DNA of 54,389 bases from an uncultured Clostridium sp. (GTDB taxonomy: Bacteria; Bacillota; Clostridia; TANB77; CAG-508). The notes beneath the pieces are model-generated. The model did no database searches. It had not been told where the DNA came from and saw only the letters and a list, made by a program, of their open reading frames with translations. This document shows positions 43,495-52,989 of this stretch, piece after piece. The stretch lies in NCBI GenBank assembly GCA_964608075.1, contig CAZSMG010000003.1:1-54389 (forward strand), read 5' to 3'. Positions within the stretch are counted from its first letter, which is position 1, and every line of letters begins with the position of its first letter. Position numbers and translations under genes: made by a program.

Positions 43495-45333
43495 ATGAAA
43501 TTAAATTTAGATTTTTATAAAAGCGATATAAAATATAATGAACTAAACAGGGAAGAATTCATAATAAATAATTATATATGTAATTACAATGAAGAGGATT
43601 ATGAAAGTATTTTCAAAAGAGATAATAATATAGAAAGTTTATATTGTTTATCAAATATGAGAAAAAATATTATAAGTTGGTATCCTTTTGTAAAAGATAG
43701 TTCAGTATTAGAAATAGGAGCAGGTTTAGGAGAAATAACAGGAGAACTTTGCAAAAAAGTTTCACGAGTTGTATCAGTAGAATTTTCTAAAGAAAGAGGA
43801 AGAGCAATATCAAAAAGACATAAAAATAAAGAAAATTTAGAAATTATAATAGGTGATTTAAAGGATATTGAATTTTCTGAAAAATTTGATTATATAACTT
43901 TAATTGGGGTTTTAGAATATGCACCAAATATTTATAAAACAGAAAATCCTTATATAGATTTATTAGAATATGTAAAAAAATTATTAAAGCCAAATGGAAA
44001 GATATTGATTGCAACAGATAATAAATTTGGTATGAGAAATTGGTCAGTAGTTAGTTTAAATGATAAAGATTTACAATATGATGCAGTTAGTTCATCAAAA
44101 GTTTTAAATAAAAGTCAACTTATTTCTAAAAGTAAGTTAGAAGAAATGTTTGAAAGCATAAATCTTGGAAAAAGAAAATATTATTATCCACTTCCTGATT
44201 ACAAGTATACTAATGTAATATTTACAGATTCTTTTCTGCCAAATCAAAATAATTTACATAGAAATATGACATTTTTTAAAGATACTGATATTATAAATTT
44301 CCATGAAAATAGTGCATATCTAGAATTAGTAAAAAATGATAAAAATATGTTTGAATTTTTTGCAAACTCATATTTTATAGAAATTAGTCAAGACTTAGTA
44401 GAAAATGATATTAAATATGTGTCTTTTTGGAATAATAGAAAGCCAGAATATAGGCTAAAGACTATTATAAAGGGTAATAAAGTATATAAATATCCAGCAG
44501 ATGATTTAGCTAAAGCTCATATTGAAACAATAAAGAAAAATATAGATATATTAAAAAAATCTAATATAGAAACTTTAGACGAGTATGATGATGAAAAAAT
44601 AATAAGTAACTTTATGTATGATGGAAAATCATATGATGAATTAATTTTAGAAGAATATGAAAAATATGGAATAGATAAAGTTGTAGAATTAATTAATGAA
44701 TTTAAAGAAAAGATTTTAGATAAATTAGAAATTACTAATAATGTAAATAATGTTTTTGATAACTATAATATTATATACAAAAAAGAAGAAATAAAAGACC
44801 TAAAATTTGTAAAAAATGGGTTATGGGATTTAAATTTTCAAAATTGTTTTGAAAAAGAAAATAAACTATATATATATGACCAAGAATGGGTAGATGCTAA
44901 AGTTCCATTAGAGTTTATTATATATAGAGGTATACTAATTTTTTCAGAGCTTAAAAATAAAATTAATGTAAATGAGTTATACCAAAAGTTAGGTATATTA
45001 AAATATAAAGAATTGTTTGATAAATTAGAAGATAAAATAGAAGATAGAGCATATTTTAATCCTATACGTATGGCAAACCATAAACCTATGAAAAATGTAA
45101 GAGGATTTATAGTAGAAAATAATGATTTAAGAACAAAAAATACATTTATAAATAGTCAATTACAAAAATTAGAAAAAGTAAATAATATTACACAAGAAGA
45201 AATAGATCAAATGAGAAATAAAATTAAAGAACAATCACAAAAATTAACAGAAATCGAAAATTCAAAAGGATGGAGATTAACATTAAAAATCAGAAAGATA
45301 ATTTCTTGTTTTAAAAGAAAAGAGGAGAAATAG
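43495..45333 (+). CDS. class I SAM-dependent methyltransferase with long C-terminal extension and coiled coil
   Basis: ATG at 43495; the track's longer ORF overlaps the previous gene. Motif I VLEIGAGLGEITGEL, post-I VVSVEFS, motif II FDYITLIGVLEY, motif III LKPNGKILIATDN. C-terminal coiled coil ends in NSKGWRLTLKIRKI. Confidence 0.8.
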   Translation: MKLNLDFYKSDIKYNELNREEFIINNYICNYNEEDYESIFKRDNNIESLYCLSNMRKNIISWYPFVKDSSVLEIGAGLGEITGELCKKVSRVVSVEFSKERGRAISKRHKNKENLEIIIGDLKDIEFSEKFDYITLIGVLEYAPNIYKTENPYIDLLEYVKKLLKPNGKILIATDNKFGMRNWSVVSLNDKDLQYDAVSSSKVLNKSQLISKSKLEEMFESINLGKRKYYYPLPDYKYTNVIFTDSFLPNQNNLHRNMTFFKDTDIINFHENSAYLELVKNDKNMFEFFANSYFIEISQDLVENDIKYVSFWNNRKPEYRLKTIIKGNKVYKYPADDLAKAHIETIKKNIDILKKSNIETLDEYDDEKIISNFMYDGKSYDELILEEYEKYGIDKVVELINEFKEKILDKLEITNNVNNVFDNYNIIYKKEEIKDLKFVKNGLWDLNFQNCFEKENKLYIYDQEWVDAKVPLEFIIYRGILIFSELKNKINVNELYQKLGILKYKELFDKLEDKIEDRAYFNPIRMANHKPMKNVRGFIVENNDLRTKNTFINSQLQKLEKVNNITQEEIDQMRNKIKEQSQKLTEIENSKGWRLTLKIRKIISCFKRKEEK

Positions 45334-45336
45334 TAA

Positions 45337-47232
45337 ATGTCAATAAAAACGAAGAGACTAAGAGATATACTTTTCCCAGAAGGAAGTAAATTAAGAAATA
45401 TATTAAGATTTTTTAATAAAATAGTAAAAAATTTAAATTTAAGAAATATAAAAAGATTTTTTAACCTTGTAAAACAAAAGGGAATAAGAAAATCAGTTTT
45501 AGATACCAAAAATATTTTAATGGGAAGAGTAAATATAAATAACAAGACTGCATATCAAAAATGGATAGAGGAAAATGAGCCTAATGAAGAAGAACTAGAA
45601 GAGCAAAGAAATACTAAATTTAGTATTAATCCAAAAATAAGTATATTAGTTCCTTTATTTGATACACCAGTTGAGTTTTTTAGTGAGTTAGTTCAATCAT
45701 TAATAGATCAAACATATACTAATTGGGAACTTTGTTTAGCAGATGGAAGTAAAATACAAAACCCTAGACTTATGGATATAATAGAAAAAGATTCAAGGAT
45801 TAAATATAAATTTATTGGTGAGAACAAGAATATATCCGGAAATACTAACGAATGTTTAACATTAGCAACAGGAGATTTTGTTGCACTTTTAGACCATGAT
45901 GATTTACTTCCTATATTTTCATTATATGAGATAGTAAAAACTATAAATAGAAATCCTAATGTAGAATTTATATATACTGATGAAGATAAAATAATGAAAA
46001 CTAAAGAAAATAGGGTAGATCCATATTTCAAACCAGACTTTTCTCCAGATACTTTAAGAGCAAACAATTATATAACACATTTTAGTGTTTTTAGAAAAGA
46101 TATAATGGATAAGTTAGGTGAAGAAAGAAGTAAATATGATGGTGCACAAGATTATGATTTAATACTTAGAATGTCTGAGATTGCAAAAAATATTGTCCAT
46201 ATACCAAAAGTATTATATCATTGGAGAATACATCCTAATTCAACAGCAGAGATGCCAGATGCTAAACCCTATGCATATGAAGCAGGTAGACAAGCTGTAG
46301 CAGATCATATTGAAAGATTAGGCTTAAAAGGAAAGGTAGAATTTGGAGAAACACCAGGTGTTTATCAAGTACAATATGATGTTATGGGAAAGCCAAAAGT
46401 TTGTATATTAATTCCAAATAAAGATGCAATAGATATATTAAAAACTTGTATAAATTCAATACTAGAACTTACAACTTATGAAAATTTTGAAATAGTAATT
46501 ATAGAAAATAATAGCCAAGAAGAAGAAACATTTGAGTTTTATAAATCTTTAGAAAATAATAAAAAAATAAAGGTTGTATATTATGACAAAAAAGGATATA
46601 ATTATGCTGGAATAATTAATTATGGTGTAAAAAATTGTGATGGAGAATATGTTTGTCAATTAAATAATGATACAAAATTAATTACTCCAAATTGGATAGA
46701 AGAAATGTTAGGATTTGCACAAAGAGAAGATGTAGGTGCAGTTGGAGGAAGATTATACTATCCAGATGGTTCTATTCAACATGCTGGAATAGTTGTTGGA
46801 ATTTGCGGTTTAGCTGCAAATATGCTAACAGGTCTTCCAAAGGATAGACATGGATATTTTGCAAAAGAAGGTTTAATCCAAAATATGAGTGCAGTTACAG
46901 GAGCATGTTTATTTAGCAGAAGAGATATATATGAAAAAGTAGGATATATGGATGAAGAAAATTTAGCAGTAGCTTTTAATGATGTAGATTTTTGCTTAAA
47001 GATAAGAGAACTTGGAAAATTAATAGTATATAACCCATTTGTAGAATTTTGGCATTATGAATCAAAAACAAGAGGATATGAAGATACACCAGAAAAGAAA
47101 GAAAGATTTGAAAAAGAAAGTAATAATTTTAAAACTAAATGGAAAGATTTTATAAAAAATGGAGATCCATATTATAATATAAATTTAAGAGATGATACAG
47201 CGCAATATGAAATTAAAGATTACAAAGTTTAA
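45337..47232 (+). CDS. dual-domain glycosyltransferase (two GT2 modules)
   Basis: First GT2: ISILVPLFDTPVEFF...LIDQTY, LLDHDD. Second GT2: VCILIPNKDAIDIL, VIIENNS, QLNNDT. Confidence 0.85.
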   Translation: MSIKTKRLRDILFPEGSKLRNILRFFNKIVKNLNLRNIKRFFNLVKQKGIRKSVLDTKNILMGRVNINNKTAYQKWIEENEPNEEELEEQRNTKFSINPKISILVPLFDTPVEFFSELVQSLIDQTYTNWELCLADGSKIQNPRLMDIIEKDSRIKYKFIGENKNISGNTNECLTLATGDFVALLDHDDLLPIFSLYEIVKTINRNPNVEFIYTDEDKIMKTKENRVDPYFKPDFSPDTLRANNYITHFSVFRKDIMDKLGEERSKYDGAQDYDLILRMSEIAKNIVHIPKVLYHWRIHPNSTAEMPDAKPYAYEAGRQAVADHIERLGLKGKVEFGETPGVYQVQYDVMGKPKVCILIPNKDAIDILKTCINSILELTTYENFEIVIIENNSQEEETFEFYKSLENNKKIKVVYYDKKGYNYAGIINYGVKNCDGEYVCQLNNDTKLITPNWIEEMLGFAQREDVGAVGGRLYYPDGSIQHAGIVVGICGLAANMLTGLPKDRHGYFAKEGLIQNMSAVTGACLFSRRDIYEKVGYMDEENLAVAFNDVDFCLKIRELGKLIVYNPFVEFWHYESKTRGYEDTPEKKERFEKESNNFKTKWKDFIKNGDPYYNINLRDDTAQYEIKDYKV

Positions 47233-47250
47233 AAATAAAAGGTAGAAAGG

Positions 47251-48210
47251 ATGAAACAAATAATGGAAAAAATATCAGTAATAGTATCTTGTTATAATGA
47301 AGAAAAAGCATTACCTTTATTTTATGAAGAAATGGAGAAAGTAAGAACAAAAGATTTTGAAGGAATAGATTTTGAATATATATTCATAGATGATGGCTCT
47401 AAAGATAGTACGTTAGAAAAAATAAAAAAACTAAAAGAAAAAGATGAAAAAGTAAGATATATTTCTTTTTCTAGAAATTTTGGTAAAGAAGCAGCTATGT
47501 TGGCAGGTTTAGAAGCAAGTACAGGAGACTATGTAACATTAATGGATGCTGACCTTCAAGATCCACCAGCATTGCTAAAAAATATGTATGATATAATAAA
47601 AAATGAAGATTATGATTGCGTAGGAACAAGACGTGTTACTAGAAAAGGAGAGCCACCAATTAGAAGCTTTTTTGCAAGAATGTTTTATAAAATAATAAAT
47701 AAAATGTCTGATATAGAAATGGTAGATGGTGCAAGAGATTATAGGTTAATGACAAGACAAATGATAAATTCCATTATTTCTCTAAAAGAATATAATAGAT
47801 ACTCAAAAGGATTATGGAGTTTTGTTGGTTTTAAAACAAAATGGATTGAATATGAAAATGTTGAAAGAGTAGCAGGAGAAACAAAATGGTCATTTTGGAA
47901 GTTATTTAAATATGCATTAGAAGGTATTACAGCATTTTCTACAACACCACTTATAATATCATCAGTATTTGGACTTTTATTTTGCATAGTAGCTTTTATT
48001 TTAATTGTAATGATAATTGTAAAAACATTAGTGTATGGAGATCCTACAACTGGATGGCCATCAACAATATGTATAATATTTTTATTAAGTGGAATTCAAT
48101 TATTTTCACTTGGAATAATAGGACAATACTTATCTAAAACATATTTAGAAGTTAAAAATAGACCGATATATATAGTAAGAGAGACAGAAAAAGATAAAAT
48201 CGAAAAATAA
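47251..48210 (+). CDS. GT2 polyprenyl-phosphate glycosyltransferase (GtrB/CsbB-like), second copy
   Basis: Motifs ISVIVSCYNEE, FIDDGSKD, LMDADLQDPP, plus two C-terminal TM helices. Collinear with 6834-7787. The start could also be the ATG at 47263. Confidence 0.85.
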   Translation: MKQIMEKISVIVSCYNEEKALPLFYEEMEKVRTKDFEGIDFEYIFIDDGSKDSTLEKIKKLKEKDEKVRYISFSRNFGKEAAMLAGLEASTGDYVTLMDADLQDPPALLKNMYDIIKNEDYDCVGTRRVTRKGEPPIRSFFARMFYKIINKMSDIEMVDGARDYRLMTRQMINSIISLKEYNRYSKGLWSFVGFKTKWIEYENVERVAGETKWSFWKLFKYALEGITAFSTTPLIISSVFGLLFCIVAFILIVMIIVKTLVYGDPTTGWPSTICIIFLLSGIQLFSLGIIGQYLSKTYLEVKNRPIYIVRETEKDKIEK

Positions 48211-48276
48211 AATTTTATGTGCTAAAATTTAATTCTCTTTTAAACTGATTTGTTGTAAAGAAAGGAATAGATAAAT

Positions 48277-49881
48277 ATGAAAATTAATAAAATAATTAAA
48301 CTGATTTTAATAACTTTAATAAGTATATGTATTATGCAATTTTTGTCTAATAATGAAGTACAAGCTGCATCAAACCCAAAATTAAAAGTTTCATATAGCT
48401 ATAATAAAAAAGATGATGTAGTTACAGTAAAAGTAAAGTCAAATATAAAATTTAAAAAAACAAAACCATCTTGGACTTTAAGTAAAAATAAAAAAACATA
48501 TTCTAAAAAGTTTTATAAAAATGAGACATATTCTACTAAATTTACTATGGCAAATGGAAAGAGTAAAACTATTAAAATTAAAGTAAAACAAATAAAAGGA
48601 CCTAAAATTACTGTAAGTTATAAATATGATAAAAAGACAAATAAAGTAAAAGTTACATTAAAGTCAAATAAAGAATTAAAAGACACAAAACCTTCATGGA
48701 CTTTAAGTAAAAACAAAAAAACATATACAAAAACTTTTAAAGATAATCAAACATATACAACACCAATCTATGATAAATATGGAAATAAGAAAAATGTAAA
48801 AATTAAAGTAAAACAAGTAGATAAAAAAGGACCAAAAGCACACATAACATATGACTATAATAGTAGTAATAATACTGTTTTAGTTACAATAAAAGCAGAT
48901 GAAGAATTAAAGAAAAATAGTCTTAATAGTAAATGGGTATTAAGTAAAAATAAAAAAGTATTTACAAGAACTTTTTACGTTAATACAAATTTTGATTTTA
49001 CATTAAAAGATAAATTTGGTAATAAAACTAAAGGAAAAATTATTATAGATTTAATAGATGACATACCTCCAAAAGTTACTACTACATATAATTATAGTAG
49101 CGATAAAAATAGTGCTATAGTAACACTTACAGCAAATGAAGAATTATCAAGTAGTTTAGTAAACGATGGATGGCAATTAAGTGGTGACAAAAGAATATAT
49201 ACAAAGCAATTTAAGAGAAATGGTACATATTCTGTTATAGTAAATGATAAATATAATAATGGAGCAAAAGTAAGTATAAAAATATCAGGTTTGATTTATA
49301 AAGGAATAGATGTATCAAGTCATCAAAGCAGAATAAATTGGGTAGATGTTAAACAAGATGGAATCGATTTTGCAATATTACGATTAGGCTGGATAGGAAA
49401 CAGAAATAATCATACAATAGATACATTTTTCAATGAAAATTATGAAGCATGTAAAAGATTAGGAATACCAGTAGGTATATATGTATATAATTATTGCGAA
49501 AGCGAAGAAGCTGTTGCAAGCGGTGCGAAATGGGTTCTTGATCAATTAAAAGGAAAAAAATTAACATATCCAGTTTATATTGATATGGAAGATAGTCAAA
49601 TAGCTGGATTAGATAAAGAAAAATTGACTAATATATCAAAAACTTTTTGTGAAGAAATTAAAAAAGGTGGATATAGTAAAGTTGGAGTATATGCAAATAA
49701 GAATTGGTTAATAAATAAATTAGATGCTAATCAATTATCTAGTTATAATATATGGCTTGCTCATTATACATCAAAAACAGATTATACTGGGAAATATCAA
49801 ATATGGCAATATACAAGTTCTGGAAGTGTAAAAGGAATTATTGGAAGAGTAGATATGAATTATTGCTATAAAAATTATTAA
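48277..49881 (+). CDS. secreted GH25 muramidase with four N-terminal ~85-aa repeats
   Basis: Signal peptide ends NNEVQA. Repeats centre on TKPSWTLSKNKKTY(S/T)K.F. C-terminal GH25 motifs: GIDVSSHQSRINWVDVKQDGIDFAILRLG, YIDMED, IWQYTSSG. Confidence 0.85.
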   Translation: MKINKIIKLILITLISICIMQFLSNNEVQAASNPKLKVSYSYNKKDDVVTVKVKSNIKFKKTKPSWTLSKNKKTYSKKFYKNETYSTKFTMANGKSKTIKIKVKQIKGPKITVSYKYDKKTNKVKVTLKSNKELKDTKPSWTLSKNKKTYTKTFKDNQTYTTPIYDKYGNKKNVKIKVKQVDKKGPKAHITYDYNSSNNTVLVTIKADEELKKNSLNSKWVLSKNKKVFTRTFYVNTNFDFTLKDKFGNKTKGKIIIDLIDDIPPKVTTTYNYSSDKNSAIVTLTANEELSSSLVNDGWQLSGDKRIYTKQFKRNGTYSVIVNDKYNNGAKVSIKISGLIYKGIDVSSHQSRINWVDVKQDGIDFAILRLGWIGNRNNHTIDTFFNENYEACKRLGIPVGIYVYNYCESEEAVASGAKWVLDQLKGKKLTYPVYIDMEDSQIAGLDKEKLTNISKTFCEEIKKGGYSKVGVYANKNWLINKLDANQLSSYNIWLAHYTSKTDYTGKYQIWQYTSSGSVKGIIGRVDMNYCYKNY

Positions 49882-49889
49882 ATAATATT

Positions 49890-49922
49890 AAGGTTTAAGT
49901 TTTCTTAAACCTTTTCTTTTTA
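49890..49922 (+). terminator. rho-independent terminator
   Basis: Perfect 10-bp stem AAGGTTTAAG / CTTAAACCTT with a T-rich tail. Confidence 0.75.
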
Positions 49923-49947
49923 TTGTAAATACTGGAAAAACTATCCT

Positions 49948-49977
49948 TTGACTGCTATGAAAGTAGCATGTTACAAT
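49948..49977 (+). promoter_or_regulatory. sigma-A promoter with extended -10 (TTGACT-18-TGtTACAAT)
   Basis: Hexamers and spacing lie upstream of the second GH25 gene. Confidence 0.55.
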
Positions 49978-49993
49978 CAAATAGGGTGATATT

Positions 49994-51619
49994 ATGTTAC
50001 TTTCTAAAAAAATTATATATATAATCTCTGTAATAGTACTTATTATTACTATGCAAATTATGTTTTCAGGAAAAGTAAATGCTAGTCAAAGCTCTGATAT
50101 TACTTTAACATATAAATATAATGATAATAATACTGTAACAGCAATAGCTAAATCAAGCGTTGGGTTTAAAGAAACAAAGCCAACATGGACTTTAAGTAAA
50201 GACAAACTTACATATACAAAATTATATTATACTAATGAAAGTTATTATACAACATTTGTATTAAAAAATGGAGTAACAAGAAATGTTAAATTAAATATAA
50301 CAAATATAGATGATATAGGACCTAATATTAATATGATATATGAATATGATGAAAAAGAAGATATAGTAACAGCTATTATGAAATCAAATGAAAAGATGGC
50401 AAATACAAAACCAACATGGACTTTAAGTAAAGATAAGCTAACATATACAAAAAAATATTATACAAATCAATCATATTATACATATGTAGAAGATGAGTTA
50501 GGCAATAAAACAAAAGTTATGCTTAATATAAATAAAATTAAGGGCCCTCAAATTTCAATGTCATATCAGTATAATGAAAATAATAATACTGTAACTGCGA
50601 TTATGACATCTAATAAGGCTTTAGAAAAAACAAAACCAACATGGACTTTAAGTAAAGATAAACTAACATATACAAAAACATTTGATAAAAATCAAATATA
50701 TACTACTCCTGTTGTAGATACATATGGAAATAGTGTAGATGTAAAGGTGAGTATAATAAAAGTAGATGTTACAGGACCTAAAATAACTATAACTTATGAT
50801 TATAATGAAGAAAAAAGTTCGGTTATAGTTTCTCTTAAATCAAATGAAAAAATGGCAAATACAAAACCAACATGGACTTTGAGTAAAGATAAGCTAACAT
50901 ATACTAAGAAATATGATTCCAATCAAAGCTATATAACTTCTGTAAAAGATATATATGGAAATAGCACAAACGTTAAATTAAATATTACTGGAATAAAGGA
51001 TAGAGTATTAAATGGAATAGATGTATCTTTGTATCAAGGAACAATTGATTGGACAAAAGTAAAATATTCTGGCATAGATTTTGCAATGATAAGAGCAGGA
51101 TATAGAGGATATGGGGAAAATGGAACATTAGTTGAAGATTCTATGTTTTCTAAAAATATATTAGGAGCTAAATCTAATGCAATAAAAGTTGGAATATATT
51201 TTTATACTCAAGCTATAACAGAAAAAGAAGCAAAAGAAGAAGCAAATTTTGTATTAAGCTTAATAAAGAAATATGGAGTAAAACCTGAGTATCCAATTGC
51301 TATTGATACAGAACTAAGTCCAGTAGGAACAGGAAGAGCAGATAATTTACCTAAAGAACTAAGAACTAAAATTGTAAAAGCATTTTGCAAAACAATACAA
51401 GATGCAGGATATACACCTATGGTATATGCAAATAAGTATTGGTTAAATGATAATTTAAATATTTCAGATTTAAGTAATATTGATACTTGGCTTGCACATT
51501 ATACAAATAAAACAGATTACAAATATCCATATACTATGTGGCAGTATAGTGATAAAGGAAATATAAATGGAATAACAGGAAACGTAGACTTAAATTATGG
51601 ATATAAAAAATATAATTAA
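49994..51619 (+). CDS. secreted GH25 muramidase with four N-terminal ~90-aa repeats (paralog)
   Basis: Signal peptide ends GKVNA. Four repeats around TKPTWTLSKDKLTYTK(K/L/T)(Y/F). GH25 motifs: GIDVSLYQGTIDWTKVKYSGIDFAMIRAG, AIDTE, MWQYSDKG. Confidence 0.85.
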   Translation: MLLSKKIIYIISVIVLIITMQIMFSGKVNASQSSDITLTYKYNDNNTVTAIAKSSVGFKETKPTWTLSKDKLTYTKLYYTNESYYTTFVLKNGVTRNVKLNITNIDDIGPNINMIYEYDEKEDIVTAIMKSNEKMANTKPTWTLSKDKLTYTKKYYTNQSYYTYVEDELGNKTKVMLNINKIKGPQISMSYQYNENNNTVTAIMTSNKALEKTKPTWTLSKDKLTYTKTFDKNQIYTTPVVDTYGNSVDVKVSIIKVDVTGPKITITYDYNEEKSSVIVSLKSNEKMANTKPTWTLSKDKLTYTKKYDSNQSYITSVKDIYGNSTNVKLNITGIKDRVLNGIDVSLYQGTIDWTKVKYSGIDFAMIRAGYRGYGENGTLVEDSMFSKNILGAKSNAIKVGIYFYTQAITEKEAKEEANFVLSLIKKYGVKPEYPIAIDTELSPVGTGRADNLPKELRTKIVKAFCKTIQDAGYTPMVYANKYWLNDNLNISDLSNIDTWLAHYTNKTDYKYPYTMWQYSDKGNINGITGNVDLNYGYKKYN

Positions 51620-51627
51620 TAATTAAA

Positions 51628-51665
51628 AAATATATACTATTAAAAAAGTAGTATATATTTTTTTA
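51628..51665 (+). terminator. rho-independent terminator
   Basis: Perfect 12-bp stem AAATATATACTA / TAGTATATATTT followed by a T-run. Confidence 0.7.
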
Positions 51666-51715
51666 TACTTGTATTTTTTAAAAATAATTTATATAATAAT
51701 AAAAAATAATTTAGT

Positions 51716-51744
51716 TGACTAAGTACAATTATTAAAATATAAAC
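51716..51744 (+). promoter_or_regulatory. sigma-A promoter (TTGACT-17-TATAAA)
   Basis: Hexamers and spacing lie upstream of the GtrA-like gene. Confidence 0.5.
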
Positions 51745-51762
51745 AAATAAAAGATATAAAGG

Positions 51763-52212
51763 ATGAAAAGTAAAATGAAAAAAATATTAAAATTAATGAT
51801 TAGTATATTAAAAAAATATAAAGAAATAATAATGTATGGAATAATGGGAGTTTTAACAACTATAATAAATATTGCAACATTCCAATTCATTGAAAAAGTA
51901 TTTGGAGTACCTGCGCTTATTAATAACGTAATAGCATGGATTATAGCTGTTATATTTGCATATTTAACTAATAAGTTATTTGTGTTTGAAAGTAAAAGTT
52001 TTAAAAAAGATATATTATTTAAAGAAATAGTGTCTTTTACATCAGCAAGAATATTCACTTTACTTTTAGAAGAGCTTATTATATATATAATGATAGATTT
52101 AATGAATATAAATTCATTAGCAGTAAAAGTATTTTCGAATATAGTTGTTATATTAGTAAACTATATTTTTAGTAAATTAGTTGTATTTAAGAAAAAAGAT
52201 AAAAACAAATAG
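51763..52212 (+). CDS. GtrA family protein (GtcA-like lipid-linked sugar flippase)
   Basis: About 145 aa with 4 TM helices. Motifs: IIMYGIMGVLTTIINIATFQFI and YLTNKLFVFESK, typical of GtrA-like proteins. The start could also be the ATG at 51775. Confidence 0.75.
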   Translation: MKSKMKKILKLMISILKKYKEIIMYGIMGVLTTIINIATFQFIEKVFGVPALINNVIAWIIAVIFAYLTNKLFVFESKSFKKDILFKEIVSFTSARIFTLLLEELIIYIMIDLMNINSLAVKVFSNIVVILVNYIFSKLVVFKKKDKNK

Positions 52213-52291
52213 TAATATTTTTATAAAACTAGTAATAATTGTAAAATCATAAAATATAATTAAATAAATATTTTATGAGAGGAGTTTTTAA

Positions 52292-52900
52292 ATGAAAAAA
52301 ATTTGTACAATATTACTACTTTTTGTATTTTCAATTATTTTTATGTGTAATGTTGTGTATGCTGCAGATGAATTATCTTTTAATTTAACATACACAGGAG
52401 ATGTTGTTAAAGGTGAGCAAAAAGATGCAACAGTAGTATTAAAAGGTGTAGGGGCACCAACTTATACTAATGTTAGAATAAAAGTAGATGTAACTGGACC
52501 TGCAGTACCAAGCTTTATAGCATATGATTCTCAAGGAACTAGATTTGATATTGCTGAACTAGGATATTGGGGACCAGATGCTGGATTTGCAGTTGCAGGA
52601 GATTTTGAAAATACAACTCCAATACAAGCAACATTTCCAGAAGAAGGACAATATACAGTAACACTATCATTAATTAATGTAGCTAATAATAATGATGTTA
52701 TAACATCAAAAGCTTTTACTATTAATGTAGAAGATAACTTAGTAGATAATGATGTAAATGACGTAAATGATACAAATGATGCAAATAATGTAACTGAGAT
52801 ACCTACAACTGGAACAACACTTGGTCAATATGCAGTGATGTGTGCTGTAATTTTTGCAGTATGTTATGTAGGATATTTTATATATAAAAGAAAAGTATAA
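52292..52900 (+). CDS. sortase-anchored cell-surface protein with non-canonical IPTTG sorting signal
   Basis: Signal peptide (...CNVVYA). C-terminal IPTTG, then a hydrophobic helix and a KRKV tail. An Asn/Asp-rich stalk (DNDVNDVNDTNDANN) precedes the signal. Confidence 0.7.
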   Translation: MKKICTILLLFVFSIIFMCNVVYAADELSFNLTYTGDVVKGEQKDATVVLKGVGAPTYTNVRIKVDVTGPAVPSFIAYDSQGTRFDIAELGYWGPDAGFAVAGDFENTTPIQATFPEEGQYTVTLSLINVANNNDVITSKAFTINVEDNLVDNDVNDVNDTNDANNVTEIPTTGTTLGQYAVMCAVIFAVCYVGYFIYKRKV

Positions 52901-52922
52901 AATAAAAAATTTTACCTAAGAC

Positions 52923-52975
52923 ATACACATTTATGATGTATAAAGAATATTTATATGTTATAAATGTGTATTTTT
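52923..52975 (+). terminator. intercistronic hairpin, possibly a partial terminator, between substrate and sortase genes
   Basis: 12-bp stem ATACACATTTAT / ATAAATGTGTAT with a 25-nt loop, followed by TTTT. Confidence 0.45.
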
Positions 52976-52989
52976 GTGTAGGTGAAAAA

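Noticed and set aside
481-52058. All minus-strand ORFs in the six-frame track, for example 481-927, 7250-7750, 8416-8811, 33145-33471, 36522-36938, 40885-41283, 45207-45545, 45708-46067 and 51732-52058.
   Set aside because: Each lies entirely within or opposite a + strand gene that has clear family motifs and an RBS. Their products are low-complexity Ile/Leu/Phe/Ser-rich strings with no RBS or recognisable domain. These are typical antisense shadow ORFs of AT-rich coding DNA.
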